64,000 bases of DNA. Origin: Amphiscolops sp. MND2022 (lineage: Eukaryota). Below, piece by piece: positions 48,501 to 60,500 of this stretch. The stretch spans positions 8,928,001 through 8,992,000 of the forward strand of contig OZ076415.1 of the NCBI GenBank assembly GCA_964187785.1. The letters are read 5' to 3'. The notes beneath the pieces are model-generated. The model saw only the letters and a list, made by a program, of their open reading frames with translations. It was not told where the DNA came from and did not search any database. The stretch's first letter is position 1. Each line of letters opens with the position of its first letter. The translations under genes were made by a program, and so were the position numbers.

Positions 48501-50671
48501 TTATTTGCATTTTGTTTTTGGAGTTAGGTTGAAATAAAACTGCACCTAGACCTATCAAAGGGGCATCGACAGTTATATTAAATGGATGGGTAGTATTTGA
48601 GATAGCGAGATTGGCAAGTTTATCTAAATCAAGAGTCCATTCAAATTGAATATCATCGTGGAGAAGAGTGTAAAAGGGTTTCAAGGAAATGTGTAGTTTG
48701 TTGATTTTGGAGTAAAAGTTCATTAATCCAAAAAAGCGCATTAATTCAGTTTTAGAAGTGGGTGTCTTTAAGTGGTGGATAGCATCAACTTTAGAAGAGA
48801 TGGGTTTGATTGTATTATTACCAATTTCATGTCCAAGAAATTGGACTGTGAGGAGAATATAGAAAAATTTTTCAGGAGCAATTTTAAGATTGTTCGTTTG
48901 ACAAATTTGGTGAAGTTGTTCAATTAAATTTAACATGTGAGGTTTTGTATGTGCAAGAAGGAGAATGTCATCATTATAAACTAATGCAAAACTTTGGTCA
49001 ATAAATTTTTTGGAAAAATGAATCCATTTGTTTGTTAAAAAAATTGGGTAGGCCTTTAAGACCATGAAATCCACGAATGAAATCGTAAAGTTTGGCACCA
49101 GAAGAGAAACTAGTTAAGGTTATAGTTTGTTCATCTACGGGAGCGTGAGCGTAAGCATACATGAGATCAATGGCGGATTTGAATTTTTTGTTAGCACGTG
49201 CAAGTTGAAGAGCTAATGGTTCAATAGGCCAGGATTCGAAAGATTGATCTGTATTTGAGTTAAGGTGTCGTGCGTCTAAAACGACTTTAATGGTATCTCC
49301 TTTGGGTATAATAATAAGGGGGTTTAAAAATGTGGTGCCATAAATAGATTTGTCAGAATGAGTGGAACCAATTTGGCGAATAATATTGTGTTTTTCTAAT
49401 TCATCGAGGAGTGTTTTTAATTTTTCTCTATAATGGATAGGAACTTTTGTAGGTCGTTGGGTTTGAAGTTTAGCATTGGGTTTAAGACGGGTTCTAAAAG
49501 GAGTAGCTATTTGACCAACGTCGTTCTTTGTGTTGCATAGCAGGTTCGATATTTAACAAGAATGGAGCAGAGTTGTAAGTATTCTTTGTCAGTGACATCA
49601 GAGTACTGGAATTTAAAGTTATTGAGAAATTGTTGAGTGTCTGGTGAATATGGTAATGGTGGAAGAGGTCGGGTTAAAATTTGAGATGGTTGCAAATTGT
49701 TTATTTCAATTTGAGGGTTGCGAAGAGAAGAACGTCGACGGGGAGGTTTTTGTTCTGAAAGGATAATAAGAATGAAATACGGTGTGTATTAAGGAGTTTA
49801 CATCATTAACTTTATAGTGAGTTGGTTGAATATTAGTGGCTGGGACTTCAATGTATCCAATATATCCAGGAGCTAGAATGGCAGAATGGTGGGTAACATT
49901 TTGAATAATAACAGAACAACTTGAAGGTTCGGTATGAAAATTTTAGTACACTTGGAGAAAATTAAAGGTTGAGTTGAAGCGTGTATTAAAAAATGGATGA
50001 GGTGTGGAAGGGAATATGACTTCATTATCAGACGTTTTAAACGTTAAAGGAAGTGTTGGTTGAATTGGGAAATGGATAATTTGAGAAGCGTTGAGTTTAA
50101 AATAGAGCTTATTTTTACCATTGGTAGTGTATATGTAAGAAAAATATGGATAATCTTTTTCTTTATGAGCTGTAAAAGGGAGGGTGTTAATGCGAGATTC
50201 ATGTGGAGTATTGAACGTCAGTGACATACTTTCAATATTAAGAGTTTTAACATATTTTTCAAAAAAGGGAGTTCCAAGAATTTTGTATTTAATATTAGCT
50301 ACTGCAACAGGAATAACAAGGGTACGAGAATTTCCATGAAGGGAGGTATGAAGTGTAAGTATTAGATTATGGAGAATAGGTACTTCGGATTTATTGGCAA
50401 CGGTTAAAGTTTTGTATTCGTTTTGATGTGGGGAATGTTTTGAGCATTTTAAAAAGTGATCGGCTAAAATGGTGAAAGTGGGTAAATTTAAAACACAAAT
50501 GGATGCTCCACTATCAAGTAAGAACAAGAGTTCTAATTTAGAAGGGATAGAGGTATCCTCACTAGGTTTGAAAATGTATAAATTAACAAACCGAGTGGAA
50601 GGGGTAATAGCATTGGCATGTTCAGAAGAAGTTGACAAAGGCTGGGATAATGGAGGATTACGGTGATACAT
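45579..50671 (-). pseudogene. pro-pol of the 18.7-kb element
   Basis: Protease FLLDSGAS; RT VVLDARHLN..IDLMYAY..VYNDDILL; RH TVDAPLIGLGAVL..FTDH; IN HSHGHSG..CIEC, ISMD.KGP..IDAFS, NGLVEVQN, RIGPY; several frameshifts. Confidence 0.92.
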
Positions 50672-50679
50672 GTTAATTT

Positions 50680-53458
50680 CAAAATTAGCTTCTGTATTGG
50701 AGTTGCTTTGAAGAGGTGGTGTAGATGGATGTGTAAGATTAATGGATGGTTTGTATTGGGATTGAGAATGATTGTTTGAATTTGAGTGAGATCTACTACG
50801 ATAACGATCATTGCGTGGTTTAGAAGGAGGGCGATAAGGAGAATTGTATCTATTAAAAGAAGAAAAATTTGAGGAACGTTCACGAGAACGAGGGTAATAT
50901 TTAGATGGACTACGAGAGGAATTAGAGTTATAATATGTTCGTGAAGAAGTATATGATTTGTAGGGATTTTGATTGTAATGTTTATCTTATCGAGATCTAT
51001 CACGAGGATGGTAAGACGAATATGTACGGGAGGGGGTTTTAATATTATATCTAAGACGTGAATGTGAACGTGAATAAGAACGAGATTGGTACCGAGTTTC
51101 GCGAGAAGATCTGCGAGAAGGGATACTGTGACTTCGACTACGGTAGCGAGGATAATGAGCTTTATTGGAAGGGCTTTTAAAATGTTGATAAAAGGTAAGA
51201 GTCGGAGATCTAGATTGTGGTTTTGATTCTTTGAGCATATTAAGTCGGCGAAAGCAAGTTGAAACAGAGTGGTTATTTTTATGGCAAAAGGAACAATATT
51301 TCTTGAAATGGGGTTTCGATTTATTGTTAGGATTCATTGCTTGAACTTGTGGAGATTCGGAAGGAGGATCTTGAATGGTTGTACTTCGTTGAAAACTATT
51401 AGACAGAGTGTTAATTTCAAGGGAAAGTTCTTGAGTTTTAATTTTTTGAGAGTAACATCTTCGGAATCGATTATATTGACAAGAGGGTGAAAAGGAATTG
51501 ATGGTTCTAAGGAACTCGAAATTTGTTTAACTTGGCGTTTATTGGCAAAGTCTTTTAATTTTTTGGGAAGACCACGAGTGAAAATTTCATTACATTTGAG
51601 GTTAATAGTAGAAGGGTACTCGTTGTACCAACCTTGTTTAACAAGGGTTTCGACTTTAAGAGCGAAGTGACGGACATTTTCATTATCCTTTTTAACAAGG
51701 GAAAGAGCTTCAATTTGAGCATGATATGCGTGTTTTTGAGAATCGAATTGTTTCTTAAAAGTTTGGAGAAAAGATGACCAATCGTCTTTATAAACTTGTG
51801 GGAGACGATCATACCAATTAGAAGCAGTTCCTGTGAGTGAGCAATAAAGGAGAGACATTCGACGAGAATGCCAAGTTAAATATGATTGAATATCTACAGG
51901 TTGAGGTCCAAGTTGAAATGTTACTCGAGCACTAAGATGTGCTAAGAATTTTTCCGGAGGATAAGTATGGTCGAGGCCATCAAAGAGTTTAATAGGATCT
52001 GATAGAGCAGCAAAGGGGACAGAAGGAGTGGTTGGAAAATGAAGAGATGAATAAAGAGGAGAAGAATTGAAAGGTAATGTTGAAGTAGGCGGAATAGGAT
52101 GAGGGGGTTTGGAGGGGGTTGGAGAGAATTAGTGGGAAAGTTTTGAAAAGTAGGATAGAGAGAAAGATAAGGGTTGTATGAGGTGGATTGGGTAGTGAAA
52201 GAAGTAGTTTGAGAAACAGAAGGAATTGGTGGTAGGGAAGAAGAAAAGGGATTTTGATTAAATAAAGAAGGATCATGGGTGGAAGAAGGTGGGGGATTTT
52301 GAGGAAGGGACTGAGTGGGAAGAGTATCATTTAAAGAAAGAGGAATGGGAGTAATGTGGGGATTTGGAAAGCCGAAGGTTGAACAGTATTGTAAGGAGCG
52401 GCAAGTGGAGTGTTAGAAGGTGTAGTACTGATTCGGGGAGTGAGAAGTAGGAAGGTTTTCATTAATTGTGGTGACTTGAGAAGTAGAAGTGGAAATGTGT
52501 TGATTTATAGGTGGGGTAGGGTTTACTACAGCATTTGAAGATGAGGGAAGAGTGTGAATAGAAACATTGGAAATTGTATCAGTTGAAGGTGGTAAACAGT
52601 GTTGCTGTGTATAAGGACGAACAGGAGGAGGAAGATTAAGACTTTTATCAAGACTATTGGAGTCATAGGCAAGGTATTTAAAATGAGAAGAAGGAAAATT
52701 AAGAAGATTATAATACTGAGGGTGTTGATTTTCAGGAGTATCGAGAAAAGGTAAAAATTCATTTTGAGTAAACTGTTGAGGAAAAATTATACAGGCATCT
52801 TGGAATTTCGAGTGCCAAACGAGTTGGTAATTATGTCTAAAGAATTTTCGAAGGAAGAGAGAGTATATCTGGATTTGTTCTTTTGTATTTGTATTGAGGG
52901 TAAGATTCTGAAAGAATTGGTATTGAAAATGACGAGTTTGAAGAATATCGGGGGTAAGCCAATGGTGGGGACTATTTTCAATAGTGCGAAACTGTTCAAT
53001 ATTAGGAAGATCAAAAAGAGATTCCTTATGGAGAAGGTCTTGTATGGAAGAATGGTTGAAAACATGTTTGGGTAAAAGGTTATTTTTTTCTTGAAGATGA
53101 TTGAGAGAGGTTGTAAAAACATTAGCAATTGGGATATAAATATTGTTAGGATAAATGTTTTTTCGAAAGGTATCAGAGCGAGTTGTGAGAGAAGTAAAGG
53201 GAATAGAAAATGGGGGTTCTTCAGAATTTGCAACAAGAGAATGGGTGTCAATATAGTATAAATAAGAGTCATGATGTTCACGAATAAGAGGGGTTGTATA
53301 AATATCGTCCGGGTAAGTTCAAAAGAAAGAGGAGTGGTGGAGTTGTAAATAAGATTGTTAAGAAATTGAGTGAGAGTTTGTGAAATATCACGGGTAACAC
53401 GTTGGGAGGTAATGAAAACAAAGGGAAGGGGGATAAGGGGTTGTATGGGATCAGTCAT
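50680..53458 (-). pseudogene. Large gag (about 900 codons) with capsid-like domain, one CCHC knuckle and Arg/Ser-rich C-terminus
   Basis: LTGTASNWYDRLPQ..WSSFLQTFKKQF (retrotrans-gag), CSFCHKNNHSVSTC, then RSRSHS..RSYSRSHSR; frameshifted N-terminal half. Confidence 0.8.
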
Positions 53459-54228
53459 TAGGAGTGTCTATCAGGATTGTAATATAGCCGAATCCAATCC
53501 ATAATAACTTCAGGATGGACCGATGGTTCAGTAGGGAGAAGAAAAATAGAGATGAATTTGTTGGCGAATGTAGGTATAAAATGAGAAGAGAGACGGGTGA
53601 AAGTATATAGGTATAGTGATAAGAAGAAGGGAAAGGAAAAATAGTTGAAGAAGGGCAAGGCAAGGATTGGGGTGAAGGAAGAGGAGGTTCATACAAAAAG
53701 GAAGGGGAAAAGAAAAGAGAGTGGTAAAAGTATAGATGAAAATAATAAGTTAAGTATGAATAGAAAAGGAATAGGGGAGAAGGAAATGGGGAAATGGAAG
53801 AAGAAAGGGAGTTAGTGGAAGAGAGATTTGACAATTTTTTCAATGAGGAGCATTTAGAAAACTAGCATTGCAAAAATGTATGAAACGAAAAGAATAATGG
53901 TGGCAAGGTTTTCGGTAAGAAACATAAATGAAAGAAGCAGGGATTATGCGCTATATTGTTCAATGACATGAGGAAGGAAAGGGAGAATAAATTTATCAAC
54001 AAGAAGAAGGACAATGGCACAAAGACCAAAAAAGTAGAGGAGGATTAGACAAATACAAACGGAGTCATTAAGGGAAGGCATGGAAAATTTGGGAGGAGGT
54101 AGAAATGAGAAGGAATATTAAAGAGAAAATTTTATGATAGAAAAATGGAAGGTATTAAAGAAAATGAAAAAAGGGTGTAGCAGGGAAAGGTAAAATCACG
54201 TTAAGGAGATTAGGACGGAAGAAGAAAG

Positions 54229-54434
54229 TGTACCAGCGCGTAGCTGAATCACAAAAGGTGATTAGTACCGAAGAGAATGTTGTACCAGCAAAGAGCTGAA
54301 TCACTTGGAAATGATTAGTACTGAAAAGATATGGTGTACCGGCTACTAGGTCGAACCACTTTATGTGATTAGTACAGAAGAAGGTTTGAGCTGTGTACCG
54401 ACAAGGAGTCGAATCACTGTGTGTGATTAGTACA
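54229..54434. repeat. Four ~52-59-bp structured repeats in the 5' leader (three-way junction fold)
   Basis: Units start at 54229, 54281, 54335 and 54394: GTAC-[4-bp hairpin]-[AATCAC/GTGATT hairpin]-A-GTAC, with variable loops. Confidence 0.85.
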
Positions 54435-54502
54435 GAAAGTTTGTTTGGTATGGAAAGGGAAAATGAGTACAAAAATGTTTAGAAAAAGGAAAGAAAAGAG
54501 GT

Positions 54503-54512
54503 GGTCGCACCA
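54503..54512 (-). promoter_or_regulatory. Primer-binding site TGGTGCGACC (tRNA not assigned)
   Basis: Lies 2 nt inside the 5' LTR end on the minus strand. Confidence 0.7.
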
Positions 54513-54514
54513 GT

Positions 54515-54849
54515 TAAAGTACTTGGTTGTTATCGTTATTAAATGTTAAGAGAGAACCAGGTCTTTTGTCTGGATTACGATGAGTACTTTAAGAGACACT
54601 AACAGAGCTACAGTTATTAGGTCTTTGGATGAACACAACTAATCGATGAAGATTCAATTCAAGTTGTGTTGTACAAATCAGAATGCATGGTATTGAATAT
54701 AAAGTAGTTACATCAGTCAATTCATTTTAGCTCTAGAATATTAAAGGATTACATTCATAAATGAGGTGCACTGTTCTAAAGTCTAGACATATAGGGGGCG
54801 GGGGATAATTATAGATCATGCGATATTTGGTATATCATCTGGTATATCA
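54515..54849 (-). repeat. 5' LTR of the 18.7-kb element
   Basis: Minus-strand ends TGATATACC...GTACTTTA; contains a GC box (CCCCCGCCCCC). Confidence 0.95.
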
Positions 54850-57597
54850 ATTTGTATGCGATGTTTCGCGTGTTGTCAGTTGTTCGGCATTGTTAGTAAC
54901 TTCGGTCGTTGTACGTTCATCAATTCGTTTAGCAAAATGCATTTCCAGGAAACTACACACCATTCATTTTGAGGCACTTTGACGTCCGGGTCCTGGAGGT
55001 ATTCGTTTGCTCGTATTGTGACGTCAGGTATGCGATGTTCTGGTTTGTAAGGAGGCATTCGTATCTGTTACGGGTTTGTGTATATCGTGTGCCGTTTTTC
55101 CGATCGTGCAGTTGTTGTTTGGAAGTACATTTTTATACGGTCCCGTCCAGTTGCAATCTTGAACTGCAAATTTTGTTGACTGAATTTCGACTTTCGGAAT
55201 AAGAAAATAACAGTAGTCATTTATTCTAAGCGGGGCTGCAGACGCTTTACGGTCGTCGTATTTTTGTATTGGAGATAAGACAGGATAATATTGTCCTTTA
55301 CTGTTGCTCGCACTTCATCAAAATGTTTTTGTAGTTGTTCTGCTATATCTGAATTAGGCGTAGTTTTCCATTTTGACTTGATGCCCAAGTTTAAATCAAG
55401 GACATTGTAGGGTATTCGTCCATCAAATACTGTGCAAGGTTTGCAGCCCAGTGTTTCGTGGTAAGTTGTTCTGTAGTTCGTTACTGCGATTTGGAGATAT
55501 TTATGCCACATCGAACGTCGATCTTTTCAATGCCGTTTTGATAATTTGCCGTTCTGTTCTTTCTAGTAAGCCAATTGTTTCTTCATTTTTAGTGGATACA
55601 TGACTGATTTGTATTTCCAGTACCTCGTTCATTTCTGCAACGACTTCTGACCAATATTGTGATCATTTGTCTGACAATATGAGAGTTGACATTAATGCAT
55701 GGCTGGTCATGACGTCGAAAATGCACCGTCCAGTTGTTTTTGCTGTCACATTATGTGTTGGGTAGGCGAATAGGTAGAACGAGAACACATCTACCATAGA
55801 AACTATGTTTTGTTAGCCTGCAGAGTTTGGAAGGTTCGGTAGTATGTCGAACTCTAGGATGTCTTCTGGTCTTAGAACATGTTCTGTATTGTTAGTCATT
55901 TTTGGTCTGATTTGGTAGTTATTTGTTCTTTTGTATTCAATGCAGTTTTTGCATTTCAGTACCCATTGTCTGATTCTATTTGCTAGTCCTGGACAGTATT
56001 ATTTTGATCTTCTTGTATCATTTTTAATGACCCGGGTGTTTTCCCATTTGTCCGTGGATTGCCTTTTGGAGTACAGTTATCACTTATTCTAGTTTTAGTA
56101 TTTGGTGATGTGTGACCTGTCCGCACTCTCCGTAGTATTTCCGCATAGTATGCCGTCTTTGACTATCATACTGTCATTGTGGACTAGTAGACGTTTTGCT
56201 TTTGGATCTGTTTGGAGCAGGTGTTTGTCGTATTCCTCACATATTAATTTTCGTTTGATTGCTTTGAGTACTAGGTCCGTGTCTTGTTCAACTCTGATAC
56301 GTGTCTCTTCTTTTTTGCCCCAAAAATTATGACGCCTTGTTTATCGGGATCGGGGCTGTTTCTTCGGTTGTCATTTTAATTTTGGTGGTATCTTCGGCGC
56401 GTGCATGTTGTCTCGACCTATTCGTTTCTATGGTTTCCAACAGGAGCAGGAAAAGTTGTTCTTCGCCTCCAAAGTCTGTTGACCTAAGGTTGACTTGTAT
56501 TGGTCTGATTGTATCTTTTCTGATTTCGAGTTCAACTCGTTCTTTAGGGTTTAGGTCGATTCTCGACAAAAAGTTGGCTGCAGTGTTTTGCGTCCCGGCT
56601 ACGTGCATTATGTGAAAGTTGAAATGTAGCACGTAATCGCAAGCATTACGTAGTGTGGGGGAATTGCGTTTGTCTGGAAAAAAAGTGTCACCGACCTATT
56701 GTCGTTCATTACGAGCGTCGGTAGTGTTGTTTCCAAAATATATGACTGTACCCCAAGAAAGCGTGATAGAATGATCCGAAAGCGACTGGTGCCAAAATTT
56801 TCTTTTCGAATTCAGCTTCTTCTCATTGTCTTCTTCGATCATTAGCGTATTGCCTGAGGCTCGAAAACTGGCGTCCGTCATTAGGACGTATTGACGTCCT
56901 GCTATTGTCTGTTTGAGAGCCAATCCGCATAACCCCGCTAGTGCTGCGTTAATCGCTTTGTAATTGTCTAACAATTCTTTAGTCACTTGGATCTGTTTCT
57001 CTGCTTCCAATAGCTCATGAAATCCGAGTAGGCGATGGATGTATGCGATTTTTCTGATAGGCGAGAGATGTAGTTGCGGTAGAATTTGACGAAACCGATA
57101 CATTTTTGTACTTGTTTTTTCGACTTTGGAAATCATACATTTGCAAGAAATTATCGAATTTTGTGAACCTGGGGGCGATTCCTTGTGGTGTGATGGTTCT
57201 TCCACAAAATTCGACTTTAATAACTCCAAAATGGCATTTTGCAATGGTTAGTTTGAGTCCTGCTTTTCTGATGCATTCAAAAACTGCGCGGATGTTGCGT
57301 ATTAGTTACGTCACAAAGTTTCGCGGCTTATCCAATATCATCCACATATTCCGCGCACTGCTCGGCTTTGATCACTGTGTCTAGATATTCTCTCATGAAG
57401 CTTGAAAGTGCTGATAGCGCTCTACTCAGTCCTTGCGCTAGTCGTTTGAATGCAAACGTCTTTCTTGCACAGTGGAAAGCTGACATTTCTATCGATCTTT
57501 GATCTGCCATTTGCAGGCAATGGTATGTCTGTGAGCAATCTATTTTGCAGAAGAGTTTTTTTACCAGCTAGGTGTTGAGCTGCATCTGACAATGTAC
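54850..57597 (-). mobile_element. Gypsy family 2, duplicated copy A, right part (RT 3' end, RH, IN; decayed)
   Basis: Aligns along its length with about 58012-60750 (LMTDASFRASG, HVAGTQNTAANFLSR, YHETLGCKP). Confidence 0.9.
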
Positions 57598-60500
57598 TAA
57601 AGGTATTTGTAGTAACGTGGAGTCGTAAAAGAAATCACTGGCCAGAAAAAATTCACAATTCATAGCATATCTGAGTTGTGGAAGTTGTCTGATTGGTTCG
57701 GTCTGGACAATTGATATCTTCATCTCTTTTATTGAGTCGAAGTTAGGGCGTCGAGTCGTCTGGAGTCAGGATTAGCATTAGGATTAGGAGTAGGTCGCAG
57801 ATCGTATTTTGCTGTTCTACGTGGGTTGTACCCGACTACTGTAGGCGGTGATTTCGGTGGAATGGGTGGGCTTCCAATGGCTGAGAGGCGACATATAAAT
57901 GGATTATCTCTGACTTCCGTAGTAAGATTCAAGATATCCAGCGACAGCGGTTCAGCGTTATTCAAATCTTCAGTTTGTTTTCCCGCTACTTCTTGTGTCA
58001 TACCTGCATAATTTATATGCGATGTTTCGCGTGTTGTCAGTTGTTCGGCATTGTTAGTAACTTCGGTCGTTGTACGTAAATCAATTCGTTTACCTAAATG
58101 CATTTCCCAGGAAACTACACACCATTCATTGTGAGGCACTTTGACGTCCAGGTCCTGTAGGTATCCGTTTGCTCGTATCGTGACGTCAGGTATGCGATGT
58201 TCTGGTTTGTAAGGAGGTATTCGTATCTGTTACGGGTTTGTGTATATTGTGTGCCGTTTTTCCGATCGTGCAGTTGTTGTTTGGAAGTACATTTATATAC
58301 GGTCCCGTCCAGTTGCAATCTTGAACTCCAAGTTTTGTTGACTGAATTTCGACTTTCGGATTAAGAAAATAACAGTAGTCATTTTTTCTAAGCAGGGCTG
58401 CAGACGCTTTACGGTCATCGTATTTTTGTATTGGAGATAAGACAGCATAATATTGTCTTTTACTGTCGCTCGCACTTCATCAAATTGTTTTTGTAGTTGT
58501 TCTGCTATATCTGAATTAGGCGTAGTTTTCCATTTTGACTTGATGCCCAAGTTTAAATCAAGGACATTGTAGGGTATTCGTCCATGAAATACTGTGCAAG
58601 GTTTGCAGCCCAGTGTTTCGTGGTAAGTTGTTCTGTAGTTCGTTACTGCGATTTGGAGATATTTCTGCCACATCGAACGTCTTTCGCCCGTCGATCTTTT
58701 CAATGCCGTTTTGATAGAGGCATGCGTTCTGTTCTTTCTAGTAAGCCAATTGTTTGTTCATTTTTAGTGGATACATGACTGATTTGTATTTCCAGTACCT
58801 CGTTCATTTCTGCAACGACCAAAATTGTGATCATTTGTCTGACAATATGAGAGTTGGCATATATGAATGGCTGGTCATGACGTCAAAAATGCACCGTCCA
58901 GTTGTTTTTGCTGTCACATTATGTGTTGGGTAGGCGAATAGGTAGAGCGAGAACACATCTACCATAGAAACTATGTTTTGTTAGCCTGCAGAGTTTGGAA
59001 GGTTCGGTAGTATGTCGAACTCTAGGATGTCTTCTGGTCTTAGAACATGATCTGTATTGTTAGTCATTTTTGGTCTGATTTGGTAGTTATTTGTTCTTTT
59101 GTATTCAATGCAGTTTTTGCAATTCAGTACCCATTGTCTGATTCTATTTGCTAGTCCTGGACAGTATTATTTTGATCTTCTTGTATCATTTTTAATGACC
59201 CGGGTGTTTTCCCATTTGTCCGTGGATTGCCTTTTGGAGTACAGTTATCACTTATTCTAGTTTTAGTATTTGGTTATGTGTGACCTGTCCGCACTCTCCG
59301 TAGTATTTCCGCATAGTATGCCGTCTTTGACTATTATACTGTCATTGTGGACTAGTAGACGTTTTGCTTTTGGATCTGTTTGGAGCAGGTGTTTGTCGTA
59401 TTCCTCACATATTAATTTTCGTTTGATTGCTTTGAGTACTAGGTCCGTGTCTTGTTCAACTCTGATACGTGTCTCTTCTTTTTTGCCCCAAAAATTTAGG
59501 ACGCCTTGTTTATCGGGATCGGGGCTGTTTCTTCGGTTGTCATTTTAATTTTGGTGGTATCTTCGGCGCGTGCATGTTGTCTCGACCTATTCGTTTCTAT
59601 GGTTTTCAACAGGAGCAGGAAAAGTTGTTCTTCGCCTCCAAAGTCTGTTGACCTAAGGTTTACTTGTATTGGTCTGATTGTATCTTTTCTGATTTCGAGT
59701 TCAACTCGTTCTTTAGGGTTTAGGTCGATTCTCGACAAAAAAGTGGCTGCAGTGTTTTGCGTCCCGGCTACGTGCATTATGTGAAAGTTGAAATGTAGCA
59801 CGTAATCGCAAGCATTCCGTAGTGTGGGGGAATTGCGTTTGTCTGGAAAAAAGTGTCACCGACCTATTGTCGTTCATTACGAGCGTCGGTAGTGTTGTTT
59901 CCCAAAATATATGACTGTACCCCAAGAAAGCGTGATAGAATGATCCGAAAGCGACTGGTGCCAAATTTTCTTTTTCGAATTCAGCTTCTTCTCATTGTCT
60001 TCTTCGATCATTAGCGCATAGCCTGAGGCTCGAAAACTGGCGTACGTCATTAAGACGTATTGACGTCCTGCTATTGGCTGTTTGAGAGCCAATCCGCATA
60101 ACCCCGCTAGTGCTGCGTTAATCGCTTTGTAATTGTCTAACAATTCTTCGGTCACTTTGATCTGTTTCTCTGCTTCCAATAGATCATGAAATCCGAGTAG
60201 GCGAGGGTTGTAGGCGATTTTTCTGATAGGCGGGGGATGTGGTTGCGGTAGAATTTGACGAAACCGATAGATTTTTGTACTTGTTTTTTCGACTTTGGAA
60301 ATCGTACATTAGCGAGAAATTATCGGATTTTGTGGTCCTGGGGGCGATTCCTTGTGGTGTGATGGTTCTTCCACAAAATTCGACTTCAATAACTCCAAAA
60401 TGGCATTTTTCGATAGTTAATTTGATTCCTGCTTTTCTGATGCAATCAAAAACTGCGCGGATGTTGCGTAATAGTTACATCGCAGAGTTTCGCGGCTATT

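Larger units (their letters stand above)
36095..54849 (-). mobile_element. 18,755-bp retrovirus-like Gypsy element (gag-pro-pol, env, accessory ORFs), moderately decayed
   Basis: Two 335-bp LTRs (16 mismatches by manual count), 4-bp TSD ATTT (36091-36094 / 54850-54853), PBS and minus-strand ORFs. Confidence 0.95.

Noticed and set aside
53451-54472. Hydrophobic minus-strand ORFs in the leader (53451-53843, 53458-53658, 54155-54472) as membrane proteins
   Set aside because: Explained by the extreme C/U-rich composition of the strand (F/L/S/P codons); no complexity or conservation evidence.
10123-54512. TGG-starting PBS motifs as tRNA genes
   Set aside because: Only 10-12-nt complements of tRNA 3' ends next to LTRs; no cloverleaf.
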